Position numbers and translations under genes: made by a program. The notes beneath the pieces are model-generated. The model saw only the letters and a program-made list of their open reading frames with translations, had not been told where the DNA came from and made no database searches. A stretch of 64,000 nt of DNA from Patescibacteria group bacterium (GTDB lineage: Bacteria; Patescibacteriota; Minisyncoccia; Phycocordibacterales; Phycocordibacteraceae). Every line of letters starts with the position of its first letter. Positions within the stretch are counted from its first letter, which is position 1. Positions 50,033-59,754 of this stretch are shown here, in pieces. The stretch lies in the NCBI GenBank assembly GCA_038064495.1, contig JBBTSZ010000002.1, forward strand, positions 152,934-216,933. Direction: 5' to 3'.

Positions 50033-50105
50033 TAAAACAAAACCCCGCGCCGAAGCGCGGGGCACGAAAGTCTGGTTTGGCTCGGGCATAGATCCACAGA
50101 GCAAG

Positions 50106-50471
50106 TTATTCATCATCAGCGCCAAGTATATCTGATATCGATTCACCCCTCAGAACTGTCGTCATGAGGCTCCCGACCTGTGCGCTAGTAGGTAGCTGGT
50201 CGGCTGATATCATGAGGCCTTCTGAGGCTCTTACAGGATTTAGTGACGTCTCAGGCATCGGGAGAGCAAAGGCCGCCGGACATTTAGGACAGATTACAAA
50301 TCCGCCGATGTGCCGAATAATTAAATTCTGACTTTCCTTATCGTAATGGAGGCGTGCTCCACGATAGATGTCATGACTTCCGCACTTCGGACAGCCGTCC
50401 CGCATACCATCGGTTACAGATTCAAGCGAGAATTCAGAAAGAGCATTGTTAACAGGGAATAGATTGGACAT
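50106..50471 (-). CDS. Hypothetical zinc-ribbon protein (two CPKC motifs), orphan
   Basis: AAGGAGG SD before ATG 50471; CPKC...CPKC. Confidence 0.65.
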   Translation of the reverse strand: MSNLFPVNNALSEFSLESVTDGMRDGCPKCGSHDIYRGARLHYDKESQNLIIRHIGGFVICPKCPAAFALPMPETSLNPVRASEGLMISADQLPTSAQVGSLMTTVLRGESISDILGADDE

Positions 50472-50666
50472 ATCTTCCTCCTTGATCAGCAGACACCATA
50501 TTATCGTGTCCACAGTCTCAAGGATGAAGTGTGCAGTTCCGCACAGTCTGCTCCCGAACAGTACCGTCACAGGCATAATTGTCAAACGGAGGGCGTTCCT
50601 GCCGAGGGCACAAATTGACGATTTGACCCAGTGGTATAATAGCCACATACCAATTTAGCGATAGAT

Positions 50667-51119
50667 ATGAAGAAAATAGTGAACACGACCAGTCGTTTTT
50701 TTTATAATCCAAACTTTGGACTCCTCCTCATTCGTGTGGCAGCGGGTCTCATCTTCCTCACACACGGATGGATGAAGATTCAGAATATGGAGCAGACCGT
50801 CATGTTCCTTGGTCAGCTCGGCATTATCGCACCACTCGTGTACTTCATCTCATGGCTTGAAGTTATCGGAGGTCTCGCACTCATTCTCGGTATCGCGACC
50901 AGACTCTTCGGTTTCTTGTTCGGTGTGGAGATGCTTGTCGCGACCGTCATGGTTGGGCTTGGACGTGGTATCAACATTGAAATTGTCCTCTCGCTTATTT
51001 CGTTTGCAATTGCGCTTACGGGTAGCGGAAAGTATTCCGTATACAAGATGGAATGCGATCACTGTAGTGGTCTACTCTGTAATGGAGCTGCGGGCACGTG
51101 CACCGTCCTTCCTAAGTAA
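50667..51119 (+). CDS. DoxX family membrane protein with Cys-rich tail
   Basis: LLIR...G.IF..HG..K, E..GG..L.LG..TR, GSGKYS. Confidence 0.88.
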   Translation: MKKIVNTTSRFFYNPNFGLLLIRVAAGLIFLTHGWMKIQNMEQTVMFLGQLGIIAPLVYFISWLEVIGGLALILGIATRLFGFLFGVEMLVATVMVGLGRGINIEIVLSLISFAIALTGSGKYSVYKMECDHCSGLLCNGAAGTCTVLPK

Positions 51120-51121
51120 GC

Positions 51122-51433
51122 ATGGAGACGCAGGGCCAGAGCGGGGTGCCCTACGGGCATCTAGAAGAACTACTCAAAAAGAATCTTGAGGTTGCGGAAG
51201 CGAACCATAAGATTTTAAGGCGCATGGAGCGCAATGCACTCATCGGTTTTGTTGCAAAGATAGTTATTTGGCTCCTCGTGCTTGGTGTACCTATCTTCTT
51301 CTTGAGCAGCTACCTCGCTCCGCTACTTTCTGCAGTCTCCGGTGGTGCTCCGGTAGAGCCGGCGGGCATCTTTGGACTCCCGTCTGCAGAACAACTCCGG
51401 CAGATATTTGAAGCCTACCGGGCCCAAAAATAG
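51122..51433 (+). CDS. Hypothetical single-TM protein
   Basis: Coiled N-terminus then TM helix; terminator at 51448-51481. Confidence 0.65.
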   Translation: METQGQSGVPYGHLEELLKKNLEVAEANHKILRRMERNALIGFVAKIVIWLLVLGVPIFFLSSYLAPLLSAVSGGAPVEPAGIFGLPSAEQLRQIFEAYRAQK

Positions 51434-51508
51434 CAAGCAGCAGCATTCCTAAAACCGCCTTTTAAACAGGGCGGTTTTAGGCTATTATGGCCAAGTTATA
51501 GCAATAAC

Positions 51509-51581
51509 GCTTGGATAGCTCAGTTGGTAGAGCATTCCCCTGAAGAGGGAAGGGTCGGCGGTTCGAGCCCGCCTCCAAGCA
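51509..51581 (+). tRNA. tRNA-Phe(GAA)
   Basis: GCTTGGA/TCCAAGC acceptor; TTCCC-CTGAAGA-GGGAA. Confidence 0.95.
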
Positions 51582-51586
51582 CCTAC

Positions 51587-52672
51587 ATGGAATTCCTCCA
51601 GCGTACCCTCAAATGGGCGGAGCGAAACGAGCGACATCTCGGCGCCATTGTTTTTGTGGCAGGTTTCGTCACAGACCTCGTTACGTTCGGTGTGCTTTCT
51701 ATTGCACTCGTTAATATTGCGTTCCTTGCCTATCTCGTGGTCGCTATTATTTGTACGTTCGGAACACATCTTGTTTCGCATAGGAGCGAAACCCCGACGC
51801 TTACACGACGCATTTCTTCCGTTATGTTCCCGCTTGTTGCGCAATACTCCATCGGTAGCCTGCTTTCTGGTTGTCTTATTTTCTACACAAAGAGTGCAAA
51901 CGTGTTTGCTTCCTGGCCGTTCCTGTTGTTCCTCGTTCTCATCTTTTTTGGAAATGAATACTTCAGAACGTATTATAAGCACGTAGCATTTCAAGTGGTG
52001 CTTTTGTTCTTTGCTATGTACGCATATGCCATTTTCGCGCTGCCGCTCGTAGTCAATCAACTTGGTCCGTGGGTATTTGTTTGCTCAACGGTTCTTAGCT
52101 GTGTGTCGTTTGCTCTTTTCCTCTACCTCCTTAAGCGAACCCGGCCTGAAGAGTTTAGAAAAAGTTTTCAATATATTCTTCCGGGCTCACTTTCGGTGTT
52201 ATTTCTTATGAACGTGTTTTATTTTACAGGAATCATGCCACCCATCCCGCTGACTCTTCCAGAGTCCGGCGTGTATCACTCCTTCGCTCGGGAGGATGGA
52301 AACTATGTTGTTTCAGCAGAAGCAGAACAGCCGTGGTGGAACGTGAGCGAGCATGTGGTGCATCATGTGCCAGGCACACCGCTCTATGCCTATAGTTCGG
52401 TATCAGCACCGGTTCGTTTCTCTACTTATATCGTGCACGTGTGGGAACGCTATGATGCTCCAAAGCAGAAATGGGTGGAACGCAGTCGGGTGAGTTTTAA
52501 CATCACCGGTGGACGTGATGGCGGGTATCGCGGTTATTCAGAACTGGCGGATGCTGAGGAAGGAAAATGGCGGGTGCGTATTCAGACACCAGAAGGCCAA
52601 ACCATCGGAAGACTATCATTTACCGTTGTTACGGTGAGTGAGGAACCCTTGCTCCACCTCGAGCAAAAGTAA
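51587..52672 (+). CDS. Membrane protein with C-terminal DUF2914 domain
   Basis: Multiple TM helices then H.W...GGRDGGYRGYS...G.WRV; ATG 5 nt after tRNA-Phe. Confidence 0.8.
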   Translation: MEFLQRTLKWAERNERHLGAIVFVAGFVTDLVTFGVLSIALVNIAFLAYLVVAIICTFGTHLVSHRSETPTLTRRISSVMFPLVAQYSIGSLLSGCLIFYTKSANVFASWPFLLFLVLIFFGNEYFRTYYKHVAFQVVLLFFAMYAYAIFALPLVVNQLGPWVFVCSTVLSCVSFALFLYLLKRTRPEEFRKSFQYILPGSLSVLFLMNVFYFTGIMPPIPLTLPESGVYHSFAREDGNYVVSAEAEQPWWNVSEHVVHHVPGTPLYAYSSVSAPVRFSTYIVHVWERYDAPKQKWVERSRVSFNITGGRDGGYRGYSELADAEEGKWRVRIQTPEGQTIGRLSFTVVTVSEEPLLHLEQK

Positions 52673-52707
52673 AACAGCCCCGGAGGACTGATTTCCTTTG
52701 TGCTGCA

Positions 52708-53208
52708 TTATCCAGCTTTGACTCGCAGTTTTGTCTGACGTGTCTTATCTAGTTTTGGAAGCACGAGCGTAAGAAGACCATCTTTTGAGGAGGCAGTAGC
52801 CGTATCAACATCAATCTCCTGGGGCAGGAGAATCGTGCGAGCGAAGGAACCCCAAAAGAGTTCACGGTTGAAGTAATCCGTATCGGTCACCTGGTCGCGC
52901 TCGTCACGAGAGCCGTCAATCTCAACCATGTCGCGACTTATTGAGACGTTCATCTCATCGGCTCGTACGCCTGCAACAAACGCACGAATCACAATTTCGT
53001 TTTGTGTTTGATAGACATCTACGGGAAGTTGTCCCTCTGCTTTTTCTTCTTCCTGATGATAGGAGTCGTGGATGGCAGGAGCTACTGCTTGTGGTCCACG
53101 CGAAGCGCGAGCAGGTGCTACAGTCATCTCGTCTTCAAACGCATCATAGTCATCCGCTGGAAGCGCGCCGGAGAGTTTATCAAAAAACGATCGTTTTTTT
53201 GGAGGCAT
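52708..53208 (-). CDS. Hsp20/alpha-crystallin small heat-shock protein
   Basis: VDVYQ, E.FWGSF.R.I.LP, DGLL.L.LPK. Confidence 0.92.
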   Translation of the reverse strand: MPPKKRSFFDKLSGALPADDYDAFEDEMTVAPARASRGPQAVAPAIHDSYHQEEEKAEGQLPVDVYQTQNEIVIRAFVAGVRADEMNVSISRDMVEIDGSRDERDQVTDTDYFNRELFWGSFARTILLPQEIDVDTATASSKDGLLTLVLPKLDKTRQTKLRVKAG

Positions 53209-53214
53209 AGGATG

Positions 53215-53940
53215 CTAACAAGTGTTTGCTGGTAATGTGCGATACCGGAAGTATTTCAGTATCTCGAAAAGTGCTAGGAAGACGACTGCACCCGACCACA
53301 CAACCGAAAACGCAGTCAGTGTTTGGGAGCCATCTCGCTGAATTATAAGGAAATTAAAGGACGCGTGCAATGTAATAGCAAGGATAAGTCCAACGAGCAT
53401 GGCTGCCGTGCGTATCCTTCGGCGCATGCGATACGTAAAGGCAAGGGCAAAGCCAACAATGGATGAACAGACAACATGTACAAGCGTGGAGCCAATAAAG
53501 CGAAGATTCTCGGTGGCAATACCATCGGCAAGGTGGCCCATCGCAATTGGTTGGATGAGGAAGAGCATGTTTTCAATTGCTGCAAATCCGAGCGCAACCG
53601 TAATCATGTACACGACAAAATCAACTGACTCGTTTACCTCACGTCGCCAGAGCACGAGAGCAGCAGCAACCAAGTATTTCAAAACTTCCTCAATGAAGGC
53701 CCATGCAAGAATAACTGAGCCACCTGGTGGTGGAAGCTCCTTTGGAAGAGAGGTAACTGCAAAATGTTCAAGCGGAAGTGCGAGTGGTACGGCGAGCATA
53801 CCTGCGAGAACGGCAATGATAATCACGTGCCGAGGCTCTGGACAGCGCGCATCTTCTTTCAAAAGGAAGTAGAGCCAGACAAATGCAGGGAGAACGCCAC
53901 CAATAAAGGCGTAGCCAAGAGTGACAGGACTGAATACCAT
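53215..53940 (-). CDS. prsW: PrsW-family intramembrane glutamic protease
   Basis: EEVLK, GFAAIEN, H, LHASFN. Confidence 0.88.
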   Translation of the reverse strand: MVFSPVTLGYAFIGGVLPAFVWLYFLLKEDARCPEPRHVIIIAVLAGMLAVPLALPLEHFAVTSLPKELPPPGGSVILAWAFIEEVLKYLVAAALVLWRREVNESVDFVVYMITVALGFAAIENMLFLIQPIAMGHLADGIATENLRFIGSTLVHVVCSSIVGFALAFTYRMRRRIRTAAMLVGLILAITLHASFNFLIIQRDGSQTLTAFSVVWSGAVVFLALFEILKYFRYRTLPANTC

Positions 53941-53971
53941 TCCTATATACTACAACACACTTGATGATGCC

Positions 53972-56071
53972 TTACGATGGCCAGGAAGCGACCATGAGAA
54001 GGTCCTTCTCACCGGGTACGTGCTGCCAGATTTCTTCCGTCACAAACGGCATAAACGGGTGGAGGAGCTTGAGTGAGGTTGAAAGGAGTGAAATCAAAAC
54101 AACCTTTCTCATAGCTTTTGCTTCCTCGCTTCCCGTAGCAAAGATCACTTTAGATTCCTCCAGAATCTCTGCTGCAAGGCGGTCCCACACATAGTGATAG
54201 ATTTTGTCGGCCGCAAGATAGACGCGGAATGACTCAAGGTCTTTCGTTATGTCGGCTGAGATTTCCGCAAGCTCGTCTACGAGTTTGGCGTCTATCTCGT
54301 TTACATCTGCCCCCGCCTCACTTCCTTCAGTATTTTCAAAGATAAAACGCGAGATGTTCCACAGCTTATTTGCAAAGTGCTTGTAGCCCTTTACCTTGTC
54401 TTCGCTCATGGCAAGGTCCATACCAGGCGTGTTCCCGACGATAAGTGACATACGAAGTGCGTCAGTGCCGTATTTTTCCGTAAGCTCAAGCGGGTTGATC
54501 ACATTACCCTTGGATTTAGACATCTTCTTTCCTTTCGCATCGTTCACGAGTCCGTGCAAGTAGATATCTTTGAAAGGAACCTTTTTTCCAAGATAGAGTC
54601 CAAAGATAACCATGCGAGGAATCCATTTAAAAACCAAATCACGCCCGGTCTCCATAACGGAGGTGGGGTAGTAGGTGTCATAGTCCTTACCATCCGGATA
54701 TCCCGTTGTGAGAAGGGGCCATTGTCCGGAAGAAAACCAGGTATCAAAAGTGTCTGCATCCTTTTCCCAACCATCACCCTCCGGTTTCTCAAGACTTGCT
54801 CGCGCTTCGCCATCCTTAAACCAGGCCGGAATCGGAATACCCCATACGATTTGGCGTGAGATATTCCAATCAAGCGCGTTTTCCATCCAGTAGGTGAAGA
54901 CTTTTTCCTCGTGCGCTGGATAAAAGACCAGATCCTTTTTCTCCACTGCAGTAAGTGCGAGTTTCGCAAGGGGAGCCATTTTAACGAACCACTGGTCTTT
55001 GATTTGCGGCTCAATCAGAGTGTTGCACTTGTAGCAGCGCTTGACGACATTTTTGTAGCCTTCGTCAGTGCTCACGAGGAGTCCCTTTTCGCGTAGTTTC
55101 TCCACAATGAGTGGACGCGCTTCGGCAATCTTCTTTCCTTCAAATTCTCCTGAGATAGGAAGGAGTTTTCCACGCCAATCAATAATCTGCTCCATATCAA
55201 GGTTATGGCGCTCGGCAATCTCAAAGTCTATTTGCGAGTGCCATGGCGTAATCGTCATCACACCGGTACCAAACTCCATCTCAACTGCCTCGTCTTTGAT
55301 AATCGTTGCAGTAATCGGTCCGTTAATCCATTCCACATCAATGGTCTGACCATGCGTGTACTCGCTGTAGCGAGTATCCTTCGGATGCATCACTACGTAT
55401 TTATCTCCAAACTTCGTTTCAGGACGCACGGTACCAATAGAGAATGGCCCGTATTTGAAGGTATAAAAAGGTGTCTGCTCTTCAGTACTTTCTGTCTCAA
55501 CATCCGAAAGTGAGGTTTGATGCTTTGAACACCAATTAACCGTGCGCTTTCCACGATAGATAAGACCATCGTTAAACATCTTCACAAAAGTCTTTTGTAC
55601 CTCCTCTACCACATCAGTATCAAGCGTGAATTTCTCACGCGACCAATCACAGGAGGCTCCAAGTGAACGCACCTGGTTTTCCATGTGCGCTTTGTTTGCA
55701 AGCGTGAAATCCAGAATTTCCTTATAGAGTTCCTCCGGTTCCATGTTGAAACGGGAGCGACCCTCTTTTTCTAGTTTCTTCTCGTACACCACCTGGGTTT
55801 CAAATCCGGCATGGTCAGCTCCGGGAATCCAGAGCGCCTTGTATCCCTGCATACGCTTGAAGCGCGTCATGAGGTCCTCCATAGTTATCGCAAGCGCGTG
55901 CCCAACGTGCAGGGAACCGTTTGCGTTTGGCGGAGGCATGACAATGGTGAATGCCTCAGTACGGTCGCCCGGAAGATTGTCCGGATTAAAATACCCACTC
56001 TTCTCCCAGGCCTCATAGACGCGGGGTTCAGTCCCCACTGAGTCGTAGGGTTTTTTGAATTTCTCGTCCAT
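53972..56071 (-). CDS. valS: Valyl-tRNA synthetase, compact form
   Basis: PPPNANG.LHVGHA, DHAG, DW.ISRQ..WG, DTWFSS, KMSKSKGN; 699 aa. Confidence 0.95.
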   Translation of the reverse strand: MDEKFKKPYDSVGTEPRVYEAWEKSGYFNPDNLPGDRTEAFTIVMPPPNANGSLHVGHALAITMEDLMTRFKRMQGYKALWIPGADHAGFETQVVYEKKLEKEGRSRFNMEPEELYKEILDFTLANKAHMENQVRSLGASCDWSREKFTLDTDVVEEVQKTFVKMFNDGLIYRGKRTVNWCSKHQTSLSDVETESTEEQTPFYTFKYGPFSIGTVRPETKFGDKYVVMHPKDTRYSEYTHGQTIDVEWINGPITATIIKDEAVEMEFGTGVMTITPWHSQIDFEIAERHNLDMEQIIDWRGKLLPISGEFEGKKIAEARPLIVEKLREKGLLVSTDEGYKNVVKRCYKCNTLIEPQIKDQWFVKMAPLAKLALTAVEKKDLVFYPAHEEKVFTYWMENALDWNISRQIVWGIPIPAWFKDGEARASLEKPEGDGWEKDADTFDTWFSSGQWPLLTTGYPDGKDYDTYYPTSVMETGRDLVFKWIPRMVIFGLYLGKKVPFKDIYLHGLVNDAKGKKMSKSKGNVINPLELTEKYGTDALRMSLIVGNTPGMDLAMSEDKVKGYKHFANKLWNISRFIFENTEGSEAGADVNEIDAKLVDELAEISADITKDLESFRVYLAADKIYHYVWDRLAAEILEESKVIFATGSEEAKAMRKVVLISLLSTSLKLLHPFMPFVTEEIWQHVPGEKDLLMVASWPS

Positions 56072-56110
56072 TACTAACTGAATATAGCAAATAAAGCCCA
56101 AAACTGCTCC

Positions 56111-57298
56111 CTAACCTAGGTGCTGATTTCCTTCAGCCCGGAGGCCCTCTCGGTCAGCATATTCCTCGCGAAGCGCCTTATGGTAGCCTGCCATACCTAT
56201 CATGATGGCGTTGTCAGTGGTGAGTTCACTTTTCGGAAGTCGGAGCTGAACACCCCCTTGACTCCCTCCAAATGCCTTCTGAAAGTTCCGTTGGATATTT
56301 GTGTTCACAGAGACACCCCCGCCAAGCACGAGTGTACCTGCGTTAGTTTCTTCTATGGCACGGCATGTTTTTGCTAGAAGAACTTCACATACTGCGTCTT
56401 CAAACTCACGGGCAAGTTCGCCTCGCTCTATTTCAGAAAGCTCCGGATGGGCTTTGAGGTGATAGAGCACCGCGGTCTTGAGTCCACTAAAAGAGAAATC
56501 GCAATTTGGGTCGTGTAGCATGGGGCGCGGAAGCGTGGGTGTGTTCGCACTCATCTCATCAGCATGTGTGTGTCGCGTATGCTCAGCAAGTTGTGAGATT
56601 TCTGGTCCACCAGGGTAGGGAAGGTTAAGCATGCGCGCGACTTTGTCGTAGGCTTCACCTGCTGCGTCGTCCCTAGTTTCACCGATGCGTTCATAGACAC
56701 CCCACTTTTTCATCAGCAGAAGCTCGGTGTGTCCGCCAGAGATAAGGAGTGCAAGTACTGGGAAGGAGATATCGGTAATAGTAAATGAACCGTTTCCACC
56801 CTCGGCGAGCGCGGAGATAAGATGGCCTTCCATATGATTCACGGCAATAAGCGGTTTATTCCAGATAAGTGAAAGTGCTTTTGCAAAGTTAATACCCACC
56901 CACAGTGCTGGCTCAAGACCTGGGCCCGCAGTCACTGCTATCGCATCAATGTTCGGAGTTTCTATTTCAGAAAGTAATGCAAAAAAAGCTTGGTCGAGTT
57001 CAGGCTCACGTTCAAGAAGTGTACTCACTTCACTCTGAAGCCCGCCATCAAGTGCCTGCTTGTTCTCGACGAGAAGTCCAGCCTCTTCGAGTGCAGCTTC
57101 AAGAAGCGGTACCAGATTCTTTGCATGTTCGCGTTTCGCGACCGCCGGAAACACACCACCAAACTCGCGGTGGATATCTATTTGTGAAATCAGTGCGTTA
57201 CCAAGAACGCGGAAGGAGGCACTGTTCGCTTCGCCAGTACATTCAAGAATACTTACAGCGGTTTCGTCGCACGAGGTTTCAATTGCGAGTAGCTTCAT
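56111..57298 (-). CDS. tsaD: tRNA N6-adenosine threonylcarbamoyltransferase
   Basis: IETSCDET, GPGL, H.EGH, SGGHT, DDAAGEAYDK, FSFSGLKT, DNA.MI. Confidence 0.96.
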   Translation of the reverse strand: MKLLAIETSCDETAVSILECTGEANSASFRVLGNALISQIDIHREFGGVFPAVAKREHAKNLVPLLEAALEEAGLLVENKQALDGGLQSEVSTLLEREPELDQAFFALLSEIETPNIDAIAVTAGPGLEPALWVGINFAKALSLIWNKPLIAVNHMEGHLISALAEGGNGSFTITDISFPVLALLISGGHTELLLMKKWGVYERIGETRDDAAGEAYDKVARMLNLPYPGGPEISQLAEHTRHTHADEMSANTPTLPRPMLHDPNCDFSFSGLKTAVLYHLKAHPELSEIERGELAREFEDAVCEVLLAKTCRAIEETNAGTLVLGGGVSVNTNIQRNFQKAFGGSQGGVQLRLPKSELTTDNAIMIGMAGYHKALREEYADREGLRAEGNQHLG

Positions 57299-57304
57299 AT
57301 TCTT

Positions 57305-57429
57305 GAGAGCTGTGTAAAAGTCTTCAGATTCGAGGCGTTTTCGAGCGAAAACATGAGGCGTACAAGTCGTACGGCGAATGTTTGAGAGAAGGAAACAACA
57401 AAGAAGATGAGTCTTTTAGACATGCTCTC
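57305..57429 (-). repeat. Stop-codon-anchored palindromic element, copy F (overlaps DHH gene 3' end, abuts tsaD start)
   Basis: GAGAGCATGTCTAAAAG/CTTTTACACAGCTCTC stem; AAACAT..GTAC-GACTT-GTAC..ATGTTT; CGCCTCGAATCTG. Confidence 0.8.
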
Positions 57430-58273
57430 CGGTAACGGGAGTCCAGGGGAGAGGAGAACCCCACTCTACAAAAAAAGCAGCTGAGTCAGGATGACCGTTG
57501 CCACCATATTTCTGCGCAATCTTCGTGAGATCAATAGTGCCATCTCCTCGAAGTGAGACGGCAACACCGCCACTTTTGAGTTGCAACACGAGACCCATCG
57601 GACCCTGCTTCTTTGCGAGTGCGTTTCCATAGGCAGACACCATCGTCTTCATGGGGTGTACCTGGCCGACGAGCACCTCGTATCCTTCAAAGGATACGAG
57701 CTTTGCTCGGTCCACAGCTTGTTCTACGAGAAGATCAAAGTATTCACGGTAAGCGCTCGCTTTCGCAAGGAGTGCAGAAGAGCGCTCTGGGTCATCGAGG
57801 GTAGCAGCAAGTTCATCCCAGAACTCAAATGAAAATGGACTTACAGAAATGTACGAGAGAAGTGCCTTTGTTTCGGGGAGTTTGAAACGGAACAAGTCAT
57901 CGTCTTCTACATGAAGCAGAAGACGGGGAATCGGTGTCTCAGGATGGAAATAGCTCCAGGCAATAGTTGCACCAGAGTGGTCTGCGTCGTACACATGCTC
58001 CGGAATACTGGTTACGACGTCCTCAATGCCCTCATGGTGATCAAGGACGGTAAGTGTTGTTGCTTCACCAAGAATCTTTTCCATGACCTCTTTGGTGTAA
58101 CAGAAATCAATAAAGTAGACCATTGCGCCGGCAAACTCGTCTGGCACGGGTGCGCCATAGGAAACCGGTAGATATTCAGCGGAGGTACCGAATTTCTTCC
58201 AGGCAGCATAGGCACCCCCGAAGCCATCGGGGCAATTCGCGTGGTAACAGATAAGAGTTCGTGCGGTGTCCAT
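57416..58273 (-). CDS. DHH/DHHA1-family phosphoesterase
   Basis: YH.NC.DG, DHH, SGA...W, SLR, GGNGH..SA.F. Confidence 0.88.
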   Translation of the reverse strand: MDTARTLICYHANCPDGFGGAYAAWKKFGTSAEYLPVSYGAPVPDEFAGAMVYFIDFCYTKEVMEKILGEATTLTVLDHHEGIEDVVTSIPEHVYDADHSGATIAWSYFHPETPIPRLLLHVEDDDLFRFKLPETKALLSYISVSPFSFEFWDELAATLDDPERSSALLAKASAYREYFDLLVEQAVDRAKLVSFEGYEVLVGQVHPMKTMVSAYGNALAKKQGPMGLVLQLKSGGVAVSLRGDGTIDLTKIAQKYGGNGHPDSAAFFVEWGSPLPWTPVTGEHV

Positions 58274-58356
58274 AGAGCCACTCTAAAGCAAAGAATGGGT
58301 TCAGGGAAGCGTAATTAAAAAGATTCGGCCCCAGCACACGCTGGGGCCGAGAAAGC

Positions 58357-58647
58357 CTAGGGCTTCTTGAGCTCAATTTGAAAGTTGCGGGATTTGCCGT
58401 CTTCAGCAAGGCCCGTGTCGAAGAGCATGACGCCGGAAACGTCCGACATGAATTTCTTCGCCGCATCGTAGTCCGGGCAGATAAGGTCCAACCGCCTCGG
58501 ACCGTTTGTGCCCGGTACCTTGTTCACCACACGGCAGGAGTCCGAAGATTTCAAGGCCAGAACAACAAGCGGGTTGTCGCCAGCGAAAGCAGGAACGGAA
58601 AGAGTGCCTGCTGTTACCAAAAGAGTCAGTATCTTTAAGGTGCGCAT
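58357..58647 (-). CDS. Small secreted hypothetical protein (orphan)
   Basis: AAAGGAGG SD; signal peptide ending AFA; two Cys; downstream hairpin 58326-58350. Confidence 0.7.
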   Translation of the reverse strand: MRTLKILTLLVTAGTLSVPAFAGDNPLVVLALKSSDSCRVVNKVPGTNGPRRLDLICPDYDAAKKFMSDVSGVMLFDTGLAEDGKSRNFQIELKKP

Positions 58648-58740
58648 GGCACCCTCCTTTCTAGTCTAATCTGGACGAACCATTCATCCGGGTATGGTAT
58701 ACACCCGGAGTGGAAGTGTGGCAATTGGGGGGATTCTTCC

Positions 58741-58924
58741 GCAACTCAAATCCTCGTCGCCACTCGGATCTGCGCGGTGAGGGAACGCGAGTACGCTTTC
58801 GGTCCCTACAGGACCTGTACACGTTGCGGATTTTGCTTCGCAACATGCTCGCAACATCTTCGAATCCCTCACGCTCGTCTCCCAGACGAGCTACCGCGCA
58901 CAAAATCCCCTTACGGGTATTTTG
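58741..58924 (-). repeat. tRNA-trailer element (Val): hairpin, antisense tRNA 3' end, shared 19-mer, sense tRNA 3' end
   Basis: Inverted copy 58859-58906 split by a hairpin; 19-mer at 58784-58802; 14-bp repeat 58771-58784 equals 58925-58938. Confidence 0.8.
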
Positions 58925-58997
58925 TGCGCGGTGAGGGATTCGAACCCCCGACATCGTCAACGTCAATGACGCGCTCTACCAACTGAGCTAACCGCGC
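58925..58997 (-). tRNA. tRNA-Val(GAC)
   Basis: GCGCGGT/ACCGCGC acceptor; CGTCA-TTGACGT-TGACG. Confidence 0.95.
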
Positions 58998-59038
58998 ATA
59001 GCTCGCACAATACCGCGACTTGGCCTAGTATTCAATAT

Positions 59039-59662
59039 ATGAAAATCCTCCAGCTTCATGAGGTTGGTGTTGAAGCCGCGGCGAAAGAAGCCGCGCTTGT
59101 GTTACGTAAGGGAGGTATCGTCTTATATCCCACCGACACGCTCTATGGACTTGCCGTTGACGCAGGGAACATTCCTGCGCTTACTCGACTACGCGAACTC
59201 AAAGGGAGAGAAAAGAAGAAACCCATCTCCATCGTTGTTAAAAGTCACACGGTGCTTGAGGAATACGCTGAACTTACCGAGGAAGCGCACACTCTTGCTC
59301 AACGTTTTTTACCAGGACCACTTACGCTTGTCGTACCTGCTCGCCCGGCGGTTGCCGCAGAACTGCTTCTCAATGGTGCGGTCGGGCTCCGCATTCCAAA
59401 TCATCCGTTTACGACCGCTTTCTCAAGAATATTCGGTAAACCCTATACCGCGACTTCAGCAAACCGTTCTGGACTCATTTCTGCGACCTCGGTTGCTGAA
59501 GCAATTGAACAGTTTGGACCACGAGTTCAAGAAATAGATTTAGTTATTGATGCAGGAATTTGCGAGAACAATACGCCATCTACCGTTTTGATCTATCAAG
59601 ACGGGATTCTTCGTGTTCTTCGCGAGGGCAAAATGAGCAGGGAAGAACTCGGTCTTATCTAG
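59039..59662 (+). CDS. tsaC: L-threonylcarbamoyladenylate synthase (Sua5/YrdC)
   Basis: PTDT.YGL, KGR...KP, PGPLT, RIP, TSAN.SG, PST. Confidence 0.94.
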   Translation: MKILQLHEVGVEAAAKEAALVLRKGGIVLYPTDTLYGLAVDAGNIPALTRLRELKGREKKKPISIVVKSHTVLEEYAELTEEAHTLAQRFLPGPLTLVVPARPAVAAELLLNGAVGLRIPNHPFTTAFSRIFGKPYTATSANRSGLISATSVAEAIEQFGPRVQEIDLVIDAGICENNTPSTVLIYQDGILRVLREGKMSREELGLI

Positions 59663-59754
59663 CCACCCGGGCCTCTTGCGCCCATAAGGTTCCGAGGTAT
59701 TGTATCGGTAGGCCAAAAACGTCGTGTTTGAGGCGTCCCAAAGAGGAGAGGATT

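Noticed and set aside
50088-50096. TAGATCCAC match to tRNA-Arg as an att remnant
   Set aside because: Only 9 bp and from the tRNA interior; compatible with chance
51524-51586. ORF-track N-terminal extension of the DUF2914 gene
   Set aside because: Runs through tRNA-Phe; ATG 51587 preferred
58717-58737. GAATCCCCCAATTGCCAC (minus) as a remnant of another tRNA 3' end
   Set aside because: Overlaps the likely -35 (TTGCCA) of the 58647 gene and matches no tRNA in the window
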